Positions 37,001-49,000 of a stretch of 64,000 bases of DNA are shown piece by piece. How positions within the stretch are numbered: the stretch's first letter is position 1; each line of letters opens with the position of its first letter. Origin of the DNA: Amphiscolops sp. MND2022 (Eukaryota); the NCBI GenBank assembly GCA_964187785.1, contig OZ076410.1, forward strand, positions 54,932,001 through 54,996,000, in the 5' to 3' direction. Both the position numbers and the translations under genes were made by a program. The notes under the pieces were generated by a model. That model worked only from the letters and a program-made list of their open reading frames with translations. It had not been told where the DNA came from and ran no database searches.

Positions 37001-40000
37001 CAGGCACTATCTTGGGCAGACGACAAACTGATGATATTACCGCTTACTCACACTAAAAGCAAAATACGAGAGCCACACTTACCGAATTCCTGGGACAAGA
37101 CGACGTCCAATAAATCGCCCAAACCAGCAATGTTTAATGATGATACGCGAGTTGCAAACTGGCAACATTGACTTGTCTCCAACATAAGATCGGGCAAATT
37201 CAGCCCGCCTCCACCTAGCTCAGCCCCCTGCATGGCCATCTGATCTTCAACTTCAGTAACCATCTCCTCCAATTCGGGCCCGAACGACTGATTTGCCTCA
37301 TCTTCCAACATGCTGGCTCACAATATAATTAAACTCCAACGTTCCAAGGGAATAATAACAGGCACACAGGACACGACTGCAAAAGCTCATTCTTCCATTT
37401 CTTGTTGTTATAGACTGATCACCTATCTCAATACACAATGGATACCCAACCTCCCTATCAAACAGTTTTACCCGCGTACCACTGGATATTCAAGGAACCA
37501 TATTTTGGATCTACCTCCGTCAAATTTCAAATGCTATTCACACGAAGCAGAAAAAAAAGCAGTCGTGGTTCCTCACCAAAAAAGCCTAGTATCCTTCCCC
37601 ATTCCCTCTTCATAAAAGTACAATCAACACCCGACAAAATACCAGACTTCCTGGGAAAAACCCATAGATAGCAATATTGATATTATTGTGGAAGAATGAG
37701 CAAAACCAACGGTTGCCAAACGAAGGTGAATGATTTCAAGTTTGAACAGGCTCAAATTCTCTCCAAATATAACAACAATACTCAACTGACTTTCACTATG
37801 GTAACGCAACAAATCAATCAACTGCCGATGATCGATGAAAAGTTGCTTAAACAAACATTCCACTATATGCGCACCACACGGATGACGTGGCTGACCGACA
37901 GTTACTATAAATAAACCCCAACTTCCGACTGCATATTATTTGCCTGCCTCGACTTGGCCATTCACGCTTCCGAATAGCTCTCAACCGCTTCATTTGCAAC
38001 CCACGCGTTTTCCATCTACCTTGCATTGCCACTTCAGCCGCTGTTCAATTCTCAACTTAACCACCTGCTACCACTCACCTCAGTCATTCACCTTTCCTAC
38101 TACCCCTACAGCTCACTCTCTCTCAAAAAGGGGGGGAATGTCATGCCCGCCAAGCATGAAGAAATGAAATAAACTCTAAAACATTAGTTCTTACATCAAA
38201 CTCCCTAAAATATAGATCATCATGTAAATACATTGCAGTAATTTATTAGCTAAATATCACAGTTGGCTATACGACGACTGAAACTAGCAGTCATCAATAC
38301 CAAATTTCGTTTATGTTATGGTGCATCGTTTAAAAGCTAAAACTGAAATATTCAATCATTTCCATATTTACGACTGAAACAATCAGTCATCATCCACAGT
38401 GATAGTGCATCGTTTAACCGTTCTTTATCCATTTTTTATATTACATGTAAAGTATTACCAGAATATTCAATCATTTCGTTCATTCATATTAGCAATTTGT
38501 ACAATGTCCTGCAGTAATTATCCTCCAAACGATAATCGAATCAGTCACCATGATGATAAGAACACGCGGTAGTGAAGCCTCAGTTTAAAGAGCAATTGAG
38601 ACAATTAAGTGCTAAAATGACTGGTGCTTGCGGTCATACTAAATCAAACACGAACAATTAAACGCCGATCATCACCCGTCATGACTGGAACCACCAGTCG
38701 TCAAGTGCAATTAAATAGTAATTAGCAAGTCGAATGTTATTGGCTGAAAGAGAAAAGGTGCTAACACACCTTGATAGTGACACGGTCGGGTAAAACCGAA
38801 CTCATTAACGAATTGTGACCATTGATATAACCGGTTGCTTACTACCTTGCTTACCAGTCATCAATAGTTGTTATAACATTAAAATACTTCAATTCAACTT
38901 AAAACTTCAGACTTTTCATGGTAATCACCAGATCTCAAAGTAGTCGAAATAGACAGATTGATACTGAGAACATGGATAGAACTAGTGATAATGAAAGTGA
39001 AACCAGCTTCCCTGAACTCTTGTCTAGAGAACAAATGGTAGACCTTGACTCTGATGACGTTTTAACTAGACGTCAAAATAGTAGTAATTACGACATTGAC
39101 CGAAGATTTAACGAGATAAATAGGCAAATCGGAGACCTTACAAACATAGTCCTCACGCTAACCAACCAGTTTGCCTCCGTTAATGGAGAAGGGAATAGAC
39201 TGAATCCAGTAACTACTAGTACTGACAGTCGTTCCGACAAATATCTTTCCCATTCGTTTTGTGCTCACATGAAACGTATGAATCAACTGTTTCCAATTGA
39301 TTGCATTTGAAACTAGATCCATTATTAAGGACCTTTTCTCAGTTGCAACATATTTTGAGCCAACAGGTGTCAAATTGGGCAGCTAACCTTACCTCCTAAA
39401 ACATCACTTCAAGTGGCCTACTAGAGAAGCCCTGGAAACAGTAAGATTAAATATTTCACTCTTCAAAAGTTTCTAGTTATTATAATTCCTGAGAATATTT
39501 TGAAGCCACTACTTGTTCAAAACAAAAGTTATATTTTTGTTAGATGGCACAAGAGGGTACGAACGTTATCACACTGACCAACTTAGAAATGATTTTTCAC
39601 GTCACTTTGAACTTACCAACACAAGGAGCTCTTGAACCTTTAGTCTTCACGCAAATTTCACTGTCCAGAGGAGCAGAACTATTGAAGGTTTCGCGGCACT
39701 CATCAACGTCAATCTCGGTCAATGTAACTTGCTGCAACAATCATCCATTGATGAAACACTTAAAATGACCAATTGGTGAAGAATTCCAAACGTCATGCTA
39801 ATCGAAAAGAAAATTAATGAGGGTTGATTATTAATTTCCGCCCATGTTTCAATTTCAGAATACAAAGTACTTATGTCTTCTTTTTTTTCTGATTCTGTCA
39901 TGTTCTATTTTGATATTCAAAAGAAACGGGTTCTTCCACAGAATTCAACTAACCGAAAATTAGTTTCGTAGCATATGTAGTGTGAAGATGTTTTAATTTT

Positions 40001-43000
40001 ACTGAAAAAAGTGCCAACAAGAAAGTACCCCAAAAATAGACAAAACCCACATTTTTTGTTTTGGGCCGATGCACCCAATTTTGGTCCAATTTTTAGTCGG
40101 CGCTTCATGAAATAGTAATTTTTTGTTGTGCTTTTCATTGCTTTGTTTTTAAACGTTGAAAGAAACCTTTCAGGAAGTCTTAACAATTAAAGTCTTTCAG
40201 TCTAATTATCTCAATCATGAGCTTCAGGTGCTATTACTAAGTAATACTTTACTTTTTGAAGATATCGCCCGCCGATTGATGCTTTCTTGTCACTCTCTAC
40301 ATTGAAGAATCACCAAAAGATGATCGAAATCTAGAAAATGATCACCTGCGCCAAATGTTCAAAAAGGAACGAAATGGAAACTACTTCAGAGAGAAAGCAT
40401 GTATTTAAAAAGTCCTTTGAAGAAAGTCGCTTTGAAGAGAGTCGCTATGAAGAAAGCAAATGGTTGAAAAAATGGAAAATGACAAATTGTTCTGGAATCT
40501 ATATTTGAAACTTTAAAAAATGCAAATCATGCCCTTTCGTTATTAAACCGAGTTCAGATCAAAGCATACTCTTCGAAGAAAGTATAATTGTATGATTTCC
40601 TTTCCTTTCATAATTTGGTACGGATAGTTGTTTTCTACAAATATTGATGTACATATTGTTACGAATTGTTACGACTGACGCTCGTGGCGTTTGCTTCCGG
40701 GGTATAACTCCTAAAAGATCTCGTTGGGATGTAGACATTAGTAAACTAGCTTTTAGTCGGCGCATTTTAGTAGAAAATGTTGTGCCCGACTCTTACAGTG
40801 GGTAGTTTTTTTAGACATGAAAGGTCCACTTTTTTGTTCATTTGTTCAACAACGTCAAACCTCAACAACTCCAACCTCAGAAGCGCGTCCAAAACGGAAA
40901 GAAAAAACAAAACAGACGTCAAGAACCTCGAAAACACACTAAGAATCCCCACATAGCCCCACTTTTTTTCGGCACCATGAGACTTTTTGAAACTTTTTGG
41001 ATTGCACCAAAGGGTCCCCCCTTCATTTGTTTCGATATTTTGCAACACAATGGATGTCAAAAAATCGCAAAGGGTCCCCCCTTTTATATTTTCGGCACTG
41101 TGACACTGTTCAAGAATCTCATTTTAAAATTTTTTTGGGAAATTTTTTCATGTCCCCAAAGGGTCCCCCCTTCATTTTTTTTCTTTTTTTTTGCAACCAG
41201 CTGGAGTTTCACAAAGCCCGAAGGGTCCCCCCTTTTCAATTTTGAGCCTTAGATATGGCGCCGACTTTGGCCGTTCTCGGCTTGTCTAGACTTGAACGGT
41301 TTTCCTCGTTCTCAATTTCTCTAGATTTAAGTTTTAACACTCTCAGCGACTGCTTCTGTAACTCCGAGAGCAGCCCTTTTAACTCTGATGTTATTTATTC
41401 ATTCGAAGATGTTTTCAGACTCTCTAAAACGCTGTTTTGATCCTCAGTGACTTGGCTTTGGATGGACCCGCCACCATGACGTCCTGCTCACCAAGTTCAA
41501 CGTTTTCTACCAAAGTTGGAGAAATTTTACTTTCGCCTTCATTTTTGGTGGTCTCCTGATGAAAGTTCTTTCTCTTTTGATTTCTGTTACACATCTTGAA
41601 GGAAGATTCTGGCTTTGAATTGTTTTATTCAAGTAAGTTTGTTTTGGCAAATTCAATGTTGGCAGTTTATGAAACTGCAGATTGATTGAAAGTCTTTTAC
41701 AAAACTCAAGTATATATACCCTCCTAGCATCATTTGGTCATACTTGCGTACCCTGATTTTTTTCCAACTTTTAGTCTTCGCCAGTTTTTCATAGCAAAGT
41801 TCCTCTTTAGGAAATCAGCATAGGTCGATAGTCGTCGAGATTCATAATCTCCCTATAAATTATCCGATATTAGTCATCAAGCGTGCTCATTTGATTTTAT
41901 TCCGGCGTCTGTACATTTCCTCAGATTGGAAAAGTAGATTTTACTTCATCTTAGCAAACCGAAAAAAACTTGCCAACTTTTCATCGGGATTCTTTAAGTT
42001 TTGCTCGATATACAGGGGAAAGTGTGACGAAGAGCTAACGCTGGCGTTAACAACTATTACTTGATTTTGTGTTTCAACCCGAGAAAATTATGACTAATTC
42101 CAAAAAAAGTACAACAGTTTGATGTCAAGAAGAGATGTACCTAACTCAACCGTGAAATGTGACTTTCCTTTTGAATTCACTAGAAAATTTTCAAAGTGTT
42201 TTTCCTAAAGAAAATTATCCTAAACCTTATTCCGAACGCTATAGATCTTTAGTGACGCTAATACGACGTAAAGAAGCAGAGCCCACCGACTGACTCATTA
42301 TTTGACATAGGCATGACGTAGATTCAAAACGGTTTCAACCGATAACTTCGTGCTGAAATAGTGTCATTTTATAATTCAATATTGACCTAACCGCCTAGTT
42401 TCATAAATTTGCGACGTACCACGGTCGTCGTAAAATTGATACCAGGCCTAATTAACCTTACTGGTGGACGTAGAGCGGACGTAAATTTGAAACGAGATTT
42501 ACTTAGCTGCTATAGTTGTGACTTAGGCGTGACGTAAAATTTCTCTAGCTATGCTTTGACGGGATTGTGACGTAACAACTATATTCGTTGAATCTGTCTA
42601 CGTCGTCGCGACGTCGTCACGCATGTAATAGCACTGTCAGGCATTATTGCATATGTTTGTTTAACAACGTATTGACGTCCTAAATGACACTAATTCCTTT
42701 TGAAAGCTATATTTAAGCGGTGTTTCTCAGAAACACGTAATGCTTTATTGTACGTCCATGAGTAAATTATCTTTCAGATTTGTCAATGATCCTAATTGGA
42801 AGATATTTTTAAGTTTACTTTCAGGCGGAGAGTGGCTTTGTTTCGGGAGTAGCGGAAGTGTGTGAAATCACTTTAGTTTTTTCATTGTGCTAATCTTTTC
42901 CATGTTGGATCCTTGGATGATCTTAGCCAGTCACAGTTTACTTACTTTAATGGAAGTTTAAAACCCGAAATAGAATTGTTTTAGTTTTGGTGTGCACCCA

Positions 43001-46000
43001 TGTTTTCTCTCAAATCATACGCATGCACAACCGCAACCCAGGCCGGAGCGGACTAAGACAGGGCAATTGTCATGGGACGGAAGACTCTTCCTGGCTGATG
43101 AAAGTGATGAAATGGGTCTTTCATTTCGAAAACATGTGGGCCTGCTGCTTCGTCTCTTGAACGTGGTAATACGCTGCGCCCTTCTAATTTTTCTAAATAG
43201 TTGAGTGGCTCATTGTAGGCTTGTTCCCACCTCCTCAATTGTACGGCCGGCGTGTCGAATTAGGGTGCTGGGTCTTCTTGTGCCACATGTTCCAGATAGT
43301 TGACCACTTCCCTGCTCGTTATCGATTGAGTTTCCAGAGCATTGTGGCCTTCTACAACAAATACCCATGTCATTTGGAAGCTGTCCGGGTTTCTGGGCCA
43401 TGCGCTAATTCTTTCCCCTTTTGTTGTCCCGGGAGCCATTCGGAGCAAGGATATTCTCCTGTCTCAACGAACTTGAAGCTCGTAGTTGTTTCCATTCGTT
43501 TACATTCTGTTTCGAGTAACTCCAGTGATAAATCGAAATACTCTTCTTATCCAGCTGTGGCTTCCACAGACAAATGTGAGATTTCCAGCACTTTTGCGCT
43601 CGTTGGGAGGGGGGTAGAACGTTTTACCGGCTCGTTTTTGTCCTCGCTTGACAAACAGATGTCGATCAAATCCTAAACGTTTTTGAGACATTTCGTCCTG
43701 TCTTGGCAGCTGTAAGGGATAAATTATTGCTTGACAATGATGTTTGTATTAGGTAGCATTACTGCGAAATTTTCCTGCAATTTGACCGGCTAATAATCCT
43801 AATAAACCTTTCAATTCCTTATCACTGACAGCTATTGACGTTTTGCCAACGTCGTGCTTTCACTGGCTCAGGACTTGATTTAATCCGTTGAGCCATCTTT
43901 TGTCAGCGTTTTGCTAACGTCAATTTTTATTGGCTCTTTTCTTTTCTTTCATTCTCTGTTGACGTCAAAATGATGTCACATCAATTCTGACCTCTTTGAA
44001 TCCTGTCTTTTGTTTTTTCTTCAGATTCTTCGCTGTTCATGATGGATTCTACTTCACCTTCCCCACATCGGACTGATCTCGACAAACGGATAGAAAATGA
44101 TACGCAGTTTGTGTTTTCGGAAACTGATGTGCGCCAGAAGGACGCTTATCTCCTCTCTATCCAGCTGGCAGTTGGTAGGTTATGATTCCTCGTTCCATTA
44201 AGCGTTAGTGAACACTACTTTACTAACAGGTAGGACTTTTCTGTTGTTTGTACTTCCACGGCTCAGATTTTTGAACACGTCTTCACCGGGAATGTACTTC
44301 AGTGCCTTGTACGGGATCTCTTTCTGCTCCTGCAACCTCACTGCTTCTGCTGATGCTGTTTGTCATGGTTTGTCTCTTCAACAGGACGATCTTGTGTTGC
44401 CTGCTCCTCGCGAAGTAGGAGTAATTTGCCCTCAGGAAGAGGGGTAAAGCCAGCCGGGAGGTAGTACTCCTATCACTGGGACTGGCGTTCATTCTGTCGT
44501 TTCCACACGGTTTACGTTTTCTTGCCCGAGTTTTTGAGATTGTCCAGAAACTAACTTCCTCTCGTACCGCGAAATGGGTAAGTTTATTTGTGCTTGATTT
44601 GCTTGTTTTTTTTTTCGTTTTTTTTTGCTGCCTTCCTGCATTGTCAATCCGTTTACGTCTTGTGTTGCTTTACGAGGACATCTCCAAAGCCTGAGGTGAC
44701 TGTTGTTGGATTTTCGTCTGGGAAGAGGCGCCGTCTGATCCCACCTCGCTAATAAGAGTATTGATAGGCTAGTTTGGTTACTTCACGGTGTTTCAACGTT
44801 GGGTTTTGTAGGCAGTGATGACAATTACGCGGGTGGTGATTCTTCAGCGTGTGCTTTCCAGGAGGTCTCTACTGTCAGCAAGCTGTTGGGCCTTTTGTAG
44901 CTAGTGAGTGTAGCATTTATGAAGTTGTTCATGTAATATTTTGATTTGTTTCTGGGTTTTTTTTTCAGTTTTACGTTCTTGTGGGTTTGATATGATGTAG
45001 TGTTTTGTTATAGTGTTATAGGGATGCAGGAGTTTGTGTCTCGTATGGAAACGAGCTTGGACAATGCTGCAAGTTGTCAGCGGACTAGAAAATAAAGCAG
45101 TCGTCATCAGTTGCGGAAAGATATGGTAAGGGCCCACCCTGTTCTGAGTCTTTTTGTCAGTGGTTCGAGCATTGGTTCAGTCACGTCTTTTCATTGCATG
45201 ATCTGCCGACGAGACGTCAATACAATCCCGCGGTGCCAGGGTGTTCACTCGGAATGTTGCTCCTGATGAGCATTTGTTCCAGGATGTGGCCTACCGGTTC
45301 AAAAAGATCTCCCGGTTTTCATTCTTATAATGGAGCCTCTTCTTTTGTCGACCAAGCAGCGGGCTGATTACCAGAACCAGGCTGTTGTCGAGAAAGATGA
45401 AGGATTCCCTACTATACTCTCTACTTGGGTCGAGTCGCGGGTTCCGCTATTGACGATTGTGAACTGTACTGCTCAACTGTATAAGTGCGACGGCAGTTAC
45501 TCCTTGTTGCGGAAGCCTCTGGCAGCTTTTGGGCAATCTTGGTCCTTAGGATCCTCTGTAAAACGAGCATTGGAACTGGTCTTAGACATTGGTTGGTATA
45601 TTTGTGATCGCATTGGTTCCTCCTGTGGCAATTGTGTTTTGTATCGAGTTGTGAAGGGTCATTTGATGAGTGGTTTCTTTGATTCCAATCGTTGATTTGT
45701 CGTGCTCTATCCCCTCATGTGTTGCGATCTGTGATCTCCGTAGTGGCAGCTTTTGGGTTTTACAGCGGTTTTGAAGAGCAAGCGGACGGAGAAAACTGTT
45801 TGGTTAGGACCTGGGAGTGCAACAGTCTACGAGACATTTGTGGGAACGTTGAGCTTCTTGAACACTGCGTGCCGCAAGCTTAGTTGTCGTCGTTGTCACG
45901 TGTTAAGTCGAATGTGCCTTCTTCGCCGCTGCTAGTCAGTATTCGTGGCATTAGTCATTCTGTGTTGCGGGTACAGAGCGATGAACGATCTGATGGGCGT

Positions 46001-49000
46001 CTATTCATCAATGCTCGAGAGTTTTCTCCTGAAACCTTTTCTCACTGCTATCGAGTAGCTCCTCGAGAGATCTTTGGATTGTTGAAGTGATCATTATTGT
46101 CGACTTTTCAATCGAAAATGTGTTGCGCGGGGATTTGCAGGAGCCTTGGATTGGATTGAAGACGTTGTCAATGTTCGACACTGTGTCATGGCTGGTAAGG
46201 TGACTTTTTCAGAGCTGCGAAGTCGCCGCTGAGGTTGTTGCCGTCTGGGACATCATTCGCGAGTACCTCCGGTATACGGGTTCTCGTCATATCAAGAACG
46301 CATTTGATATGATAGATATGATCAGTTGCTTCCCTTTTCTTATGTAGTAGCCATGATTTGTATTTGTAGGATTGCTTATCTATTTTTCCCTTGCGTTGCT
46401 ATTTATTCCTTTCGCTGTATCTGTTTTAGCTGCGAGGGACGGATTGGCTGGTGAACAATTGCGGTGTGGTTGGGGGTTCTGCTTCACGTCTTTACTTTGC
46501 GTCAGTCATTTGCGTTCGGTTGATGTAGTTTCTTTTTTGTAGCGACTTTCCAGGCACTTTGTCTCCGACAGTCGGTGTTTGGACGATTCGTTAATAGGGC
46601 GTAGTTTGAGTTATTTGATTTTGAGCCGTGTTTTGTGTTCACAATACTGCATCTTCAAAGAGCAAAGAGCTGGACGAGACGATATCTCTGGATTTTGTCT
46701 GAGGGGTTCACAGTTTCTGTCCCGAGATGCTAGTAGAATCAGATGATCAGCACATCTTCCAATTGTATTCGCAGTTGCGTCGTGTTCGGGAGAGGACTGG
46801 TTGCCCTCAATGAAATGACGCTCGGTCCCATTTGGAGGAATTCACAACCTTCGTTTTTGATGTTCCTGATCGGCATAGTGGATCTTGTCGCCGCGATGAA
46901 GAGATTGGGGACATTGTGACAAATTTGTTGACTGACTACAGTTTTACGCACCGTAGAGACTTGAGCCGCGTTTTGTAACTGTGTTGTCTCGTCGTGGTGT
47001 CGTCCTCCTAAAAAATTCCAGATATCGATTTTGATTTAAGAAGTTGTGACGTTCCTGCTGCAGTGGTATCTTCGTCTTCGAGAGGTGTGCTGAGTCTCGT
47101 CTCTTCTGCGAATTACAATTTGTACGAAATTCAATGAACTTGTACGAACTTTGAAATAGGGAGCTTTCTTCACTCAGGGTGCAATGGAGAGCGTGCGTGA
47201 TGCGATTTCTTCTAGTCGCGAAATAATGACGTTTTCTGTTGACCCTGTGAGAGTGTTTGTTGTTACAGGCGACCTGATTTCCTTGCTGTGGCTTTTGATA
47301 GTTATCTGTATTGGACAAGAAAGAGGCTGATGGGCGTTTTCATGAGGCGACTTGTCAATCACGACATGTTCCTTTCCCTGATCCTGGAGAATCAGTTGTG
47401 TTTGGATCAAGTTGTTACCCTAAGGCAACTTTGTTGCCAGCTTCTCTTTTCGTCTTTTCTTCGCCTGTGGCTGAGGCTAGTGTGTGTGATAGTTCCAGTT
47501 CGTCAAAGCGTCGCAAAAAGTCTCCGAGGTCTACTTTGTGTGCAGGTTTGGGTCTGAAAAAGAGAGTGAGAAGAATACTGTTGTGGAGGGTGGGAAGACA
47601 AACTTGAAGAGAGATGCGAAGAAAGATGTTCAGAAGGATCCGAAAAGGACCCGAAGAACTGGGCGAAGGCGACTGGTAGTAAGTCTGAATCTGGTTCCAT
47701 GAACAAATAAAACGATGTTTGTTGTGTGCTGAAACAAATTGGTCCTTTTCTATCATCTGCTTTTTGTATTTATCGCTGCTGTCCGTTTGGCAGTTTTCTG
47801 TCATTCAGTTCCAATAATCAAGGAGGCGTTATATGTGTATGTATATATAACAAAAAAAACGGTTTAGAAGAGTCGTAAAAAAGAGTAAATGAAAAAACAA
47901 TAAAATGCCTTTAATTGCAAAATTGTCGGAGAGGTTCTGTCTGAACTTCTAATTATGTCTTCTCTCTATTGAGTCGTAGTCATAGCGTCACGTCGTCTGA
48001 AGTCAAGATCAGCGTTACGTTTAATATTGGGTCGTAAGTTAAATTTCGCTAATTTTCTCGGATTATATCCAATGATTGTAGGCTGTGGCATGGGGGGTAT
48101 AGGCGGCCGTCAAATGAGCGGGGGATTCGTATGAAAGGTAAGAATTATCCCCCACGATAGTAGTAAGGTTTGAAAAACCCGCGGACGACGGTTCAGTAAC
48201 ATTTGTTCCGCCGTGGTTTCTTGTACGTCTGTTTCTGTATCTGCAGTTGGAAATGTGGTTGTATTTTGGTCAATCTGGTTACCGAAAATCGTTTCCCAGG
48301 ATGTGGCGTATCATTCGTTGTGCGAAATTGTGACGTCTGGATCCGGTAGATTTTGGTTGTTTGACTGTGCCGTCAGGCACACCTTGCTCTGGTTTGCTCT
48401 GGTATATAAGATAGGTTTCTCATTCGATGTAGTGTTTGACCATACCATATACCGTGTTCCGGTCCTTCGCACAGTATAATTGTTATTCGATAGGACTTTT
48501 ACCAGTATGTACAGTACTGTCCAAATGCCGTTCTGGAATGCGAAAATCGACAATTGATTATAAGCCCTCTGATTTAGGGTTTAGCAGTAGTCTATCATTT
48601 TGAGCGGCGCAAATGACACTTTACGGTCGTAGTTTCTTTTTTATTTGAGATAGGACAGCATGATGTTGTCCTTCAATGACGCTCGTACTTCGTCGATTTG
48701 TTTTTGCAATTGCTCTGCTACATCTGAGCTGGGAGTGATTTTTCGTTTGGGTTTCAATCCCAATTATAGGTCAAGCACATTATAAGATAAGCGTCCATGA
48801 AAGACAGTGGACGGTTCCCATCCCAGTGTTCCATGGTATGTGTTATTCTACTTCATCACTGCACTTTGTACGTTCTCCCGTTGAAAATTTAGGTGATTCT
48901 TTTATGGAAGCGTGAGTTCTTTCGAGTATTCCAGTTGTTTGGGCATGCTTTGTCGACGCGTGGCCTGATTGAATGTCTATGGTTACTGCTGATTCAGCTA

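Larger units (their letters stand above)
24043..39239 (+). mobile_element. Intact, young Ty3/Gypsy LTR retrotransposon (Gypsy-2, 15197 bp) with a 7-kb accessory region
   Basis: 1101-bp LTRs TG...CA with no mismatch in the stretches compared by eye; perfect 5-bp TSD AATAT (24038-24042 and 39240-39244); PBS, PPT, open gag and open 1585-aa pol in PR-RT-RH-IN order. Confidence 0.97.

Noticed and set aside
33037-37311. Cargo as an independent DNA transposon inserted into Gypsy-2
   Set aside because: No TIRs or 8-bp TSD were found around it, catalytic residues appear lost while the frame is intact, and a homologue occupies the same position in Gypsy-3. Not fully excluded without other copies.
31154-38124. 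env gene in the long 3' region of Gypsy-2
   Set aside because: There is no long sense ORF and no signal peptide, furin site or TM anchor pattern; the coding capacity is on the opposite strand.
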